NCBI RefSeq assembly: GCF_006345805.1
Contig: NC_043004.1
Coordinates: 1,488,001 to 1,552,000 of the forward strand
Length of the DNA stretch: 64,000 nt
DNA from: Octopus sinensis
Taxonomy: Eukaryota
Direction of reading: 5' to 3'
Under the pieces are notes generated by a model, which ran no database searches, was not told the DNA's origin, and saw only the letters and a program-made list of their open reading frames with translations. Both the position numbers and the translations under genes were made by a program. How positions within the stretch are numbered: position 1 is the first letter of the stretch; each line of letters opens with the position of its first letter. Positions 13,055 to 26,002 of this stretch are shown here, piece by piece.

Positions 13055-13117
<63 letters not shown>

Positions 13118-13155
13118 CCTATCTATCTATCTATCTGTCTATGTATCTATCTATG

Positions 13156-13246
<91 letters not shown>

Positions 13247-13250
13247 ATAT
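12968..13250. repeat. (ATCT)n microsatellite
   Basis: Direct reading. Confidence 0.98.
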
Positions 13251-14126
13251 ATATATATATATAATATATATATATGCGCTTCCATACACAAGATGTATGT
13301 GTCTGCGTTTGTATTGGGGTGTCAGAAAATAAGAACACCTGACGTTTTGTGTCTCTAATCTTCATTGCACTCCTATGAACCCAACAGCATGCAAATCGTT
13401 TTGTTTTTGTTTTGTTTTTCTTTTTGTTTTTTCGTCAATTGAGAATCGGAAAACATGCAAGTAGGATATATATAGAGAAGAGGGGGGAATGTAAAAATTG
13501 TGATATTAATATTTAAATACCTCAAGTATTAACTCTGCGTGAATTCATGTTATCAGGTTTGATCTAAACGTCGTAATCATGTTGAGAAGAGGGTCAGATA
13601 GGCAATAGAGCAGGCACAATAACACAGCCATCTCATTATGGTTTATATGCCAGTAACAGTTAAGAAAAGAAAGTAAGAAGGAAAAAGTAATCATTACATT
13701 TCCTTGTACATGGCCAATGGCAATAACAATAACAACTACAACAGCGATAATGATAATGTTGATTACAATGGAAAATGTTAACGGCAATAAAAATGCCATC
13801 GAGAACAATTCGTAAGAACAAATAGCAGTATTTACAAATATATATAAAACTGATAAGAATCACAACAGCAGCAGCAACAGCAACAGCTGCAGCAACAGTA
13901 ATAATATCATCATCATCGTCGTCATCATTATCGTCGTCATCAGCTGCAACTATAAAATCTGCTGCAGAAGAACAACATCAGAAAAGCTAAGGTAGGAAAC
14001 ATCAACGGCAATATGAGCAAATATTTTTTCGATAATATATATATATTTTTTGTGTATATATATATATACATATATATTATATATATATATATATATTATA
14101 TATATATATATATATATATTATTATA

Positions 14127-14171
<45 letters not shown>

Positions 14172-14180
14172 TGTATATAT

Positions 14181-14213
<33 letters not shown>

Positions 14214-14322
14214 TAATATATACATACATATATATATTATACATGGCATATATATATATTTATTATATATATATATCGATATATATATATACATTATGTT
14301 GTATGTATGTATGTATGTATGT

Positions 14323-14353
<31 letters not shown>

Positions 14354-14384
14354 CTACAAATATATACATACATATATATATATT

Positions 14385-14415
<31 letters not shown>

Positions 14416-14464
14416 GCTTCTTCTACGGGTATGAGTAAGTATCTCATCTACTTCTTTGCCACAC

Positions 14465-14520
14465 GTATCACTGACGAAGGGAGGGTTCTTTTTGAACTAA
14501 CCCTGAAATCGGTCTGATAT
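14465..14520 (+). ncRNA. Minimal type-I hammerhead ribozyme motif (family H1, copy 1)
   Basis: GTATCA-CTGACGA-AGGG..GTTC-TTTTT-GAAC..CCCT-GAA-ATCGGT-C/TGATAT. Stem I 6 bp, intact core, stem II, self-complementary stem III, GUC site; predicted cut after 14514. Confidence 0.8.
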
Positions 14521-14947
14521 TGTAATAATGGATGTTTTAGAAATTTCTGTTGGCCTTTTTTCGAATAGCGTGCGTACTGGGGAAAAAATTATACGGTAAA
14601 TGGACAATATGTCCAATTTTTCGGCATATTTGGCATTAGAAATTTTTTCGTTTGCCCTTATTTATAAGTTGTTTATAATTTAACCTTTAAAGGTAATTTT
14701 TAATATGCTGGCCATTGATAAAAAATTTTTTTTCGAAAAAATTTTATCCTGCATTAGATATAAATTTAATAGTGTTCACTTCCGGACTCTCCCACTCTGT
14801 GAGTGCTTCAGTCCAAATCGCACGTGTCTTGAACGGGCTGTAGTATTTCTATTTTGGATTTATTTGGGGTACTTAGTTGTGCTCATGACTTAGCGTTTGC
14901 TTCTTCCATGGGTATGAGTAAGTATCTCATCTACTTCTTTGCCACAT

Positions 14948-15003
14948 GTATCACTGACGAAGGGAGGGTTCTTTTTGAACTAACCCTGAAATCGGTCCGA
15001 TAT
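14948..15003 (+). ncRNA. Minimal type-I hammerhead ribozyme motif (family H1, copy 2)
   Basis: Same core 483 nt downstream; first stem-I pair is an A-C mismatch (GUC/CGATAT); predicted cut after 14997. Confidence 0.7.
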
Positions 15004-15162
15004 GGTAATAATGGTTTTTTTTAGAAATTTCTGTCGGATTTCTTTCGAGTAGCGTGCGTACTGGAGAAAAAATTATATGGTAATGGACAATATGTCCAAT
15101 TTTTCGGCATATTTGCATTAGAAATGTTTTCGTTTGCCCTTATTTATAAGTTGTATATATAT

Positions 15163-15312
<150 letters not shown>

Positions 15313-15397
15313 TATATACATACGTACATACATACCTACATATATACATATATATATGTATATATATTTATATCATATAATATATTATATATATATA

Positions 15398-15810
15398 TAC
15401 CGCCAACGTTGCCCAAACGACCTGAACATTAGCTTCAAGGTTCATCCAAGACTGGTACCACGAGCCATACGTCACCTGCCCAATTCAAGATCACAGCCTA
15501 CATGTACACTACAACATAATTTCTTTTCCTCAACAGACCCTGCCCTATTTAACATTGTCCCAAAAGAGACCAAAGAGGAACAGGATCCCATCAACTTTAA
15601 ACGGAGTCTGGATAGATTCCTTCAAGGAATACCAGATAAGCCACCCATAATTGGATACAACTCACCCAACAAAAACTCACTACTTGAATGGACCATAAAC
15701 AAATCTTGACTTAAACAGAATTCAAATAATCCTATCAGGTGGTGCTATTAAGTTAGATATGGCCTGGACCAATCATTGGTCGAAATATATCTAAGTTACC
15801 TAAGTTATAT
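15398..15810 (+). mobile_element. CR1/L2-group LINE 3' end
   Basis: [33 protein letters not shown] followed by stem-loop tail. Confidence 0.75.
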
Positions 15811-16149
15811 ATATATATGTACCATAAATTGGGTCTTCGAATTCGTCTATACTCCGTTGCTATCAATATTTCTAAGTGGCCCTCATGTAAGTGCAAACAA
15901 TTGTTATTGATAGATCAAATTCTTTCTGATCGATTTATGATTAATGATTAATGACATACCAGTCATTATCGTCTTACGTTTCTTTCCAGTTGAGCAAACT
16001 TCATTGTTAATGAGACATATCATAAACCTTTTTTAATATATGATTTGAGGGAAATTTAGTTATTATTTCTCGTAGATCAAACAACCAGTTATATTTATCT
16101 TAAAAATGTGAACAAAAATGTTGCGAGAGGAATCAACACGTCTCAACGA

Positions 16150-16505
16150 AACAGAAATAGAAGGCCCGAAATTTTTGGGGAGGGTGCCAGTCAATAAGAT
16201 CGACCCCAGAACGCAACTGCTGCTTCATTTATCAACCCCGAAAGGATGAATGGCAAAGTCGACCTCGCCGGAATTTGAATTCAGAACATAAAGACAGATG
16301 CAATACCTATTTCTTTACTACCTACAAGGGGCTAAATACAGAGAGGACAGACAAACAGATTAAGTCGATTATATCGACACAGTGAATAGCTGGTACTTAA
16401 TTTATCGACCTCGAAAGGATGAATTTGAACTCAGAACTTAAAGACAGATGAAATAACGATAAGCATTTCACCCGGCGTGCTAATGTTACTGCCAGCTCAA
16501 CGCCT
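16150..16505 (-). mobile_element. SINE family A, two partial units
   Basis: gtcgacctcgccggaatttgaattcag..gccagctc. Confidence 0.75.
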
Positions 16506-16584
16506 TGGAATTGGTTAAAAATTGGAATTGGTTAAAAGAGAACTAATAAAACATCAATAAAAACAAAGCCTTTCAATGATTCTC

Positions 16585-16990
16585 GTTATGGCTGTGTGGT
16601 AAGAAGCTTGCTTCCCAACAACATGGTTCCGGGTTCAGTCCTTCTGCGTGGCACCTTAGGCAACTGTGTGCTACTTGTAGCCTCGGACTCATCAAAGCCT
16701 TATGAATGGATTTGGCAGATGGAAAATGCAAGAAGCCCGTCATATATATATATATATATTATATATATATATATATATATGTTGTGTGTGTGTGTTTGTC
16801 CCTCGACCATGGTTTTGGCAGCCGATGTTGGTGTGTTTACGACCACCGTATCTTAGCGGTTCGGCAAAAGGGAACGATAGAATGAGTACTAGGCTTACAA
16901 AGAATAAGCCCTTAGGTCGATTTGTTCGACTAAAGGCGGTGTCACAGCATGGCCGCAAGCAAATGACTGAAACAAATATAAGTATAAAAG
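16585..16990 (+). mobile_element. SINE family B
   Basis: Same architecture. Confidence 0.8.
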
Positions 16991-17027
16991 AATAAACACC
17001 CTCTAGGATACTTATAAGATATTTTAA

Positions 17028-17245
17028 AGGCGGCGAGCTGGCAGACACGTTAGCGCGCCAGGCGAAATGCTTACCGGTATTTCGTCTACCGTTACGTTCT
17101 GAGTTCAAATTCCGCCGAGGTCGACTTTGCCTTTGATCCTTTCGGGGTCGATAAATTAAGTACCAGTTACGCACTGGGGTCGATGTAATCGACTTAATTC
17201 GTTTGTCTGTCCTTGTTTGTCCCCTCTGTGTGTAGCCCCTTGTGG
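17028..17245 (+). mobile_element. SINE family A
   Basis: Head ggcggcgagctggcag to tail gtaataaagaaa. Confidence 0.85.
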
Positions 17246-17454
17246 GTAATAAAGAAACATATATATGTACAGCACAGAACAAAATGCAGAGCTGCAATTA
17301 CGTTCTGAGTTCAAATTCCGCTGAGGTCGACTTTCATCCTTTCGGGATTCGATAAAATAAGTACCAGTTGAATATTGGGGGCGTTAAAACAACCACAAGT
17401 CAAGCTCTGGGGTCGGTGAAATCGACGAGCCCCCATATCTCCACAGATTTCAGG

Positions 17455-17860
17455 CTATTCTTTTATTTGTTTCTGTCATTTGACTGCGTCCATGCTGGAG
17501 CACCGCATTTAATCAAACAAATCGACCCTCGGACTTATACTTTGTAAGCCTTGTACTTATTTTATTGGTCTCCTTTTTGCCGAACCGCTAAGTTATGGGA
17601 ACGTAGACATATCAACATCGGTTGTCAAGCGATGTTGGGGGTACAAACACAGACACACAAACACACACCACACACACAAACACACACACATATATATACG
17701 AGGGCTTCTTTCAGTTCGGCTACCGAACCCACTTATAAGGCTTTGATCAGCCCAAGGCTATAGTAGAAGACACCTGCCCAAGGTGCCACCAGTGGGACTG
17801 AACCCGGAACCATGCGGTTGGCAAGCCGACTACTTACCACGCAGCCACTCCTGCGCCTGT
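17455..17860 (-). mobile_element. SINE family B
   Basis: Same architecture, minus strand. Confidence 0.85.
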
Positions 17861-17870
17861 AGTAGAAAGG

Positions 17871-17917
<47 letters not shown>

Positions 17918-17939
17918 CATTATTATTATTATTATTATT

Positions 17940-18500
17940 ATGAAGGCAGCGAACTAGTAGAATCGTTAGCGCGCTGGACGAAATGCTTAGCGATATTTCG
18001 TCTGCCGTTACGTTCTGAGTTCAAATTCCGCCGAGGTCGACTTTGCCTTTCATCTTTCGGGGTCGATAAATTAAGTACCAGTTACGCACTGGGGTCGATG
18101 TAATCGACTTAATCCCTTTGTCTGACCTTGTTTGTCCCCTCTGTGTTTAGCCCCTTGTGGATAGTAAAGAAATAGGTATTTCGTCCGTCGCTACGTTCTG
18201 AGTTCAAATTTCGCTGAGGTCGACTTTGCCTTTCGTCCTTTCGGGGTCGATTAAATAGTACCAGTTATGCACTGGGGTCGATAAAATCGACTTAATCCCT
18301 TTGTCTGTCCTTGTTTGTCCTCTCTGTGTTTAGCCCCTTATGGGTAGTAATGAAATAGGTATTTCGTCTGCCGCTCTACGTTCTGAGTTCAAATTCCGCT
18401 GAAGTCGACTTTGCCTTTCATCCTTTCGGGGTCGATGAACTAAGCGCCCCCTTCCCCCAAAAAAATTTTTATAGCTTTGTGCCTAGAGTAGAAATAATAA
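17940..18500 (+). mobile_element. SINE family A with three tandem ~182-bp internal units
   Basis: ttcgtc..acgttctgagttc repeated near 17997, 18180 and 18362. Confidence 0.85.
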
Positions 18501-19894
18501 TAATTATTATCATGAAGTGAAGAACATCTTTCTTTCTGCTGAAGCGGCAAAACAGCCTTGGAACGACCTTTAGCTACCTCCCTTTAACTTGTAAGCGTTA
18601 ATCTCGGCGAGTCTGGCAAACCTACCCAATCTCCCTCAGACAATGTATAGCCTTGTGCTTATGTTAGAAATCATTATTGTTGAAATCAAGAAAACATTAT
18701 CACCGGTGTATATGTTCAGGCAATTCCAACATCAATTGTTTATTTTCTTGTTTTAAAGTTTTATTATCAATAATTCACATATGTCTTCCTGCTTTCACTG
18801 TCAGACCATTTCAATCCGTGACAAAACTAACAAAAGTATAGAGTATTTTCAAAAATAAAATATATTTCGCATAAAATTTCAGAATAATTTCTCCTTTATT
18901 TCTTATTTATTTCTTGTTTCCCAACTTTACATTTCTGACAGTTTGATATTAACTCGCGCAACAATACATTTAGCTGTTCAGTTTTTCTCTCTCTTCCTCC
19001 CTTCCTCTTCCTCTCCTTCTCTCTCCCTCTACTCTACACCATTGTCTCCTTGTTATGTTTTTCTATTTTACTCTGATTCACTAAATGTACTATTACAAGC
19101 GAAGTGTTAGCAGAATATGCTTGCCTGCATCTTAATTTCATCGTTACAACCAACGACCCTTATGATCCTTCAACTATTGTCTTATGTCCGTCTCTCACAA
19201 AGTCGAACAGATGCCACCTGCAGGTGATGGCTGCTCAATACACAACAATAGATTGTCACTAAGCCATGGACGTGGTAATAGCGGTGTGGCTTGAATTCAT
19301 TAATATTTTACTAGCTTTCAGAATACTTATGTACGGCGTCCTGCACTGAACACAAGTACACACTTTATACACAGTTACCTTCTCTTCTATATAACTAAAG
19401 GGGGTGTGGCTGCGCTCACCGTTTCCGTTCTGTATGTTTGTTGGCCAACCTGAACGGCAGTGATTGTGTGTGGAGCAGAGTGTTGATGATATGATAGAAG
19501 GAAACAATGAGAAAATCTTTAAGGTGAATCAGTTAAAAATTGTTTCTAGTCCAGCAAAAACACATTACCAAAATGGCTTAGAACACGGCTCATTGGATTT
19601 TCATGTTTGATTTGTTTTCTACCACATATTTCGGTTGGATTATCAAAATTCGGTTGAGGTCAAATCAGTTCAGTCCTTAGATACTTTTCTTTGTGCTAAG
19701 ACAAAAGTTTACACTTAGTTCATTGGCGCTTTGACGAAGACAAGTTTTTCTATTCATTTCTGTCACAATTGCAGGCAAAAAATCTCTCTTCATTTAAAAT
19801 ACTGTTGACATTGTTATCATAAAAACAGAAATTTTACAGTTAAAACACGAAGGCATAGCAAAGGAGCAACACTAGCTGTATCATTAGTTATATA

Positions 19895-20124
19895 TATTTC
19901 TTTACTACCCACAAGGGGCTAAATATAGAGGGGACAAACAAGGACAGACAAAGGGATGAAGTCGATTATATCGACCCCAGTGTGTAACTGATCCATTTTT
20001 AATCGACCTTGAAAAGATCGAAAAGACCGGCCTCGGCGGAATTTGAACTCAGAACGTAGCGGCAGACGAAATTCCGCGAAGTATTTCGCCCGGCGTGCTA
20101 ACGTTTCTGCCAGCTCGCCGCCCT
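19895..20124 (-). mobile_element. SINE family A with 16-bp TSD
   Basis: TATCATTAGTTATATA at 19879-19894 and 20125-20140. Confidence 0.9.
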
Positions 20125-20669
20125 TATCATTAGTTATATAAAATACATATTCTGGCTTTTATATATTTCTTCAGCCCAATATTAAGTTAGATCAAAGCTT
20201 CTCCAGTCATGATACATCGTCTTTTTTCAAACTATGTAGGACCATATTATCTAAAGTGTTTCTTTTTTCTCATTTAAAACAGCGAATGATTTGACAGGAA
20301 TTTACTTGGTATTTTCAGCAGATCTGGACCACGTGTAACCACTGGCTTGAGAATTTGAAGAGACCGATATATTAAATTGGTTTGTTAGTGTTTGCTTACT
20401 CACGGATGTCACGGAATTAAAGGATAATCACCTCCATCCATTTGTACATTCTAATCTATCTTTAAAAACCTTTGATCCTTTGACGATTACATTTTGTAAA
20501 GTGCAGTAAGAACAGAAAATGCATGCAGCTGCGCAGGCAAAAAGATTTGGCCTGAGTCCAAGAAACTTTGGAAATAGTTTTTTTCTAAAATCATTTTATT
20601 GGAACAACATCGACTTGCACAATTTCGAGGTACTTTTCTGCAGCCAAGTGGACTCTGCTATTTCGGAGT

Positions 20670-20887
20670 TACTCTTTTACTCTTTTACTTGTTTCAGTCA
20701 TTTGACTGCGACCATGCTGGAGCACCGCCTTTAGTCGAGCAAATCGCCCCCATGACTTATTCTTTGTAAGCCTAGTACTTATTCTATTGGTCTCTTTTAC
20801 CGAACCACTAAGTTACGGTAACGTAAACACACCAGCATCGGTTGTCAAGCGATGTTGGGGGGGGGGACAAACACAGACACACAAACA

Positions 20888-20929
<42 letters not shown>

Positions 20930-21095
20930 TATATATACATATACATATATACGACGGGCTTCTTTCAGTTTCTGTCTACCAAATCCACTCACCAGGCTTT
21001 GATCGACCCGAGGCTATAGTAGAAGACACTTGCACAAGGTGCCACACAGTGGGACTGAATTCGAAACCATGTGGTTGGTAAGCAAGCTACTTTAT
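20670..21095 (-). mobile_element. SINE family B, 5' head clipped
   Basis: Starts at gtagcttgcttaccaaccacatgg on the minus strand. Confidence 0.85.
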
Positions 21096-21861
21096 TTCAT
21101 AAATTTGTCATATAGACAGTACAAAGAGCTTTGCGGGCTGGACAAACACATTAATGAATGAAAATGAATTATAATGAATAAATGAGAGACGAAACCCAAC
21201 ACCCGCCGATTGGATTTTTCTCGAAAACATATTTTCTTTTTTTTTTTTTTCTTAAATCAATATAAAGTTTCAAACCTTTTAGAAAGAGGAGGCACTAAAA
21301 CCTCTACAAAATAGTCCAAAAAGGTGAGGTTTCAAACTCTGTAACGAGGGTCTTTCACCTCTTACTCTTCGATATATCCATCGATATCTTCAATGCCGCT
21401 TGAGTTCCTGTATCCCGCCATTTCCCATGCCTCACTCATGTAGGACATGTAAGTCGTGTAAGGGCCACCCGGCCATATGCGACACTCCTCCCAAAATCCT
21501 TTAAGCCTTTCCCACAAGGGAAACCTTATGACCTCCACAGCTATCTGCGGAGGCCATTCGGGATCCCGTGTGAAGGGCATATCTACTGTTTCTTTATGTT
21601 CTTCTACTATTTTTTCCACCTCCCCGCCCTTGTAGAAAAAGATAATTAATTGATCATCTTTAAGGGTGGGGGTGGTATCTTCCACCGTGGGTGGCACAAC
21701 TTCGGGGCATGCAGTCGGCACATCATCTCCCTGCTGAGATGACCCGTTCTTCTTCTTTCTTTTTTTCTTTTCTTCCTGGCTTCGGGAGAGTGGAGCTCTT
21801 CCGCTTTGTCCGGAGACTTTCCCCCGCCTCCCGAAGCCTTAGGTTCCTTCGGCGGGCAACT

Positions 21862-22095
21862 ATTGTTGTCAAGCGGTAGTGTGGGACATACACAAAGGCG
21901 CGTGCGCGCGCGCGCACACACACACACACACATATATACGACGGGCTTCTTTCAGTTTTCGTCTACCAAATCCACTCACAAGTCTTGGGCCGTCCCGAGG
22001 CTATAGTAGAAGATACTTGCCCAAGCTGCAACGTAGTGGTACTAAACCCGGAGCCCTGTGGCTGGGAAGGAAGCATCTTACCACAAAACCACGCC
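21862..22095 (-). mobile_element. SINE family B head, tail truncated at a GC-rich insert
   Basis: Head and microsatellite, then ..cgcttgacaac switches to unrelated sequence. Confidence 0.75.
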
Positions 22096-23514
22096 TAATA
22101 TTATAAAATTTCTAACCTTATTTCGTCGTGGTAACTTTGGATGATTTTCAAATAATCGTGTTACTCACATCTATAACTTACAGACAAATCCTACCTCTCT
22201 AAATGATTATATATAATCTAAATAGGATTTTCAAATAATCGCAGTACATTAACCTAAATTTTATAGACAATTAAAAAGAAAAAAATATTAGGAAGATAAT
22301 CTATTCATATAAAAATGTATAAAATGGCGCTCTTTTGAAAGGTTAAATATCCTTTTTACTTAAAAAATTGTTAAATCTCATTGAAAGACTCCTTGTTTGT
22401 GGTACTACAAAATATTTTCATGGTACCCTGGGAGGTCTGGTATCTCACTTCGGGAAACAGTGGTCTCAACCACAGCTAAGTTAACCTCCTCCGCTGGACC
22501 TCGGAATGAACCTTATTTACAACCAAGTGAAGTGGGCCATTTGAGAAGTCACAATAGTCTCGGGCATATATATATATATATGGAAGAATGAACTACCTTG
22601 TGACAGTAAGGTAGAAAGCCTTATGCCTCGAACAAGCATTCACGCTTGTGCTGTTGGTTAACACGAACCACCGAGTCACCAGCTGCAACAGTCTGTCCTA
22701 ATAACAGATGTCAGTTTATTGTTGAATAAAGTAACAAAATTCTGAAACAATTCTGGTGATAAAATATTATTAATAGGAACAAGAGAGCAACGTTGATACA
22801 ACTATTTGTTTACATAGGTAAAGAAAAAAGAAAAATAAAGAACTGACTTGAGAGACGTGAAAGAGAAAAGATTTTCCAACTTTATATTCAGGTCAACAGA
22901 TGGCGCCAGTGCTTTGGAAGTCATTTTACATTTCAAAGAAAATTGAAATCGATTTAAGGAAACAAACTATTTCTAGAGAGATATTTTGTGAATAAATGTG
23001 GCCATATATTGAAGTAAAGCAAATATCGACTCCTACTTCTTATTTAATTAAATATACAAGTACTAATTAACAGAGGTTGTAAATTTAGTAATTTATGGAT
23101 TCAATTTTAGTTCCATATTTATAAGAGTTTTCCTAAAATTTCCAGATTTAGAACTTAAAAAAAAAAAAAGTTGATGTTTCTGTTTCTCTTCACTTCGGTT
23201 CTGGTTTTTCAACCCATCACACCCTGCCTTTCACATGCAAACGGCTAATATAATATATTTGCGAGGGACATTATTTGGCTCCTATATTGCACTATATACT
23301 ATTAAAATTATATCTAAGTTAGTAAACATTTTGCCTAAACAAGTTATCTTACTTAAATACTATGAAGTCACGTTTGTTTGATCCCGAAGATTCGGTACCT
23401 GGAATAAGTGAAACATACAGAAAAATTACCTTAAAAGGTGAGCAGAAATATCATGAGCATCTTCATAGTGAGATACGTTAGCATCTAGCAGGTGAGTCTA
23501 TAGGTTTAATTACT

Positions 23515-23892
23515 TAATCTTTTCTGCTCTAGGCACAAGGCCCGATTAGATCGAACCCAGTACACAACTGGTACGCAATTTATCGGCCCCGAAAGGATGA
23601 AAGGTAAAGTTGACCTCGGCGGAATTTGAACTCAGAACGTAGCGACATACGAGATACCTATTTCTTTATTGCCCACAAGGAGCTACACACAGAGAGGACA
23701 AACAAGGACAGACAAACGGATTAAGTCGATTACATTGACCTCAGTGCGTAACTGATACTTATTTTAATCGACCCCGAAAGGATGAAAGGCAAAGTCGACC
23801 TCGGCGGAATTTGAACTCAGAACGTAGCGGCAGGCGAAATACGGCTACGCATTCCACCCGGCGTGCGAACGTTTCTGCCAGCTCGCCGCCTT
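23515..23892 (-). mobile_element. SINE family A, two units
   Basis: Repeated gacctcggcggaatttgaactcagaacgtagc. Confidence 0.85.
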
Positions 23893-25012
23893 GGTTTGTT
23901 TGATACAAGATGGATGGTTGTACACCAGCTAACTTATGCAACAACTAATTGAGGCATGAACACAAATTGAAAGACAAGACTGGTCAAGAGAGTGTGGTAG
24001 TTTGGTAAGAAGCATAACCGGAGTTTCTTGTTAAAGGTCGACGTAATCAGCCACAGCAAAGAGCGAGACACTAAACTACGATAGTTTGCTTGAATTTTTG
24101 TTACTAGTTTGATTGGTTATATGTGATTGGAAAATATGTTTAAATTGAACAATGGCAGTCACTAGTAAATATCTTAACCTTTTTATCCTGTCAGGCAAAG
24201 AGAGCAACAGATGTTAATATAACTCACAAGATTTGTTATTTAACAAGGAATTGGCAAAGAACTTGAAATATTCGATGTTATCTACTTATATTTTCTTACT
24301 AAATTTACTATGGACTTTTCTTTTGTTTTGAACTCTTGTAGTTTTCACTTTATGTCTTTGAATGCGAATATGTCTAACAATGTCGGAATGCAATTACGTT
24401 TATTACACCATACTTTTTAAAATCGTATTTTTAGTTCATAGAATGAAATTTACTTTAAAAAATGATCTCCCGTAGACATTGGACAAAATAATAAATTGAA
24501 GCAGAAATTTCGAACAAAGATGTATGAGAATAACGTCAACGACTGAAGAAATCGAAACCGAGCACCAGTGACGAATGTCTGCATAATCTATTACACTAGA
24601 ATTACTGTAGGATTCTAAGAGTTCGCCTGTAATGGGATGCACCAGGATAACCTATTATCTGTTTTATGAAGGCAATTATTACCAGAAATCTCTACTCATC
24701 ATTTTATGAATCATTTAACGATTAATATTATCTTTGTTATTTTCCCGCTTTGCACGGCAGATATCTCTGACCATGTCTTCGATTAGTTATGCTTCTCCGC
24801 AGCTTGCTGGAGTAGGAAGTGGGTATATACTCTGAGTGGAACATTGAAATACTAGTGTGGAATAAACGTTTCGTTAGAATTTATATGTAAAACTGATAGT
24901 TTATCCTTACTACACGTCAACCACCGCCACCACCAAAAACAAACATAGATACCATTATAGCCTATCATTAAATGTATGGTTCGTTATTATTATTATAAAT
25001 GTTACGGCAAAA

Positions 25013-25077
<65 letters not shown>

Positions 25078-25606
25078 GTGAGAGAACACTGCATGCCATC
25101 GGAGTGACACTAGGTTACAAATATACGAAGCCCAGTATATCCATCCTAACTACCTGTCTGATAAAGATACACCAGGAACATGAATCACAGGCATAAGTAC
25201 GCAACATGGTGACCTTATATCAAGATGAACAGTGCAAGACCTTGCGGGGCGGGGGTGCAGTTAAAATTGTCTTCAAGTCGAGTAGCCCATCCGGCTCAAA
25301 AGGTCTCTGAATAAAGGTTGTTGAAGATGATGAACAAAACACCCCTGTTTTCAGAGGTGAATTATTCAAACCCAAAGAATTCTTCTCAACACATGGCAAT
25401 GATGCTCTCCCACTACTTCTGCTCGTGATCAGAGATGCACATATCGTCAGCCATTAAGGGTCATGCCTAACTGGTTACAGTCAAGCAACTGACAAGCAAT
25501 TCTGAGGTATTGAGCAGAATATTTGTTGTAGCACAGCTTTTATACAAAGACAAAACAGTGTATATGATAACACTTCCAATTAGTTAAGATCAGAATCAAT
25601 CTAAGC
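25078..25606 (-). mobile_element. Family R copy
   Basis: Similar to 40458-41003; (ATT)n on both flanks. Confidence 0.75.
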
Positions 25607-25621
25607 TTATTATTATTATTA

Positions 25622-25667
<46 letters not shown>

Positions 25668-25689
25668 GTTGTTGTTGTTGTTATTGCTG

Positions 25690-25748
<59 letters not shown>

Positions 25749-25935
25749 TATTATTATTATTGAGGTGACCTGACACAGGCGTTAGCGCGTAGGATAAAAT
25801 ACTTAGCGGCATTTCGTCTGTCTACAAATTCCGCCGAGGTTGACTTCGCCTTTCATTCTTTCGGAGTCGATAAAATAAATACCATTTGAGCATTGCGGTA
25901 GATGAAATCGCTGCCCTTGTGCCAAAATTTGAAAC

Positions 25936-25989
<54 letters not shown>

Positions 25990-26002
25990 CATTATTATTA
26001 TT

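Larger units (their letters stand above)
14414..15155 (+). mobile_element. Non-coding HHR-bearing element, about 1.5 copies of a 483-bp unit (retrozyme / Penelope pseudo-LTR-like)
   Basis: About 260-bp direct repeats (14414-14680 and 14897-15155), each with an HHR, no ORF, flanked by (TA)n on both sides. Confidence 0.7.

Noticed and set aside
15760-15800. Stem-loop followed by GAAA in LINE/SINE tails as hammerheads
   Set aside because: No CUGANGA 5' of the stem; explained as the LINE recognition stem-loop
22893-22908. CTCF-like motif CAACAGATGGCGCCA; also CRE palindrome 42580-42593 and DRE 43678-43685
   Set aside because: Isolated short motifs are expected by chance or in TE ends; no independent support
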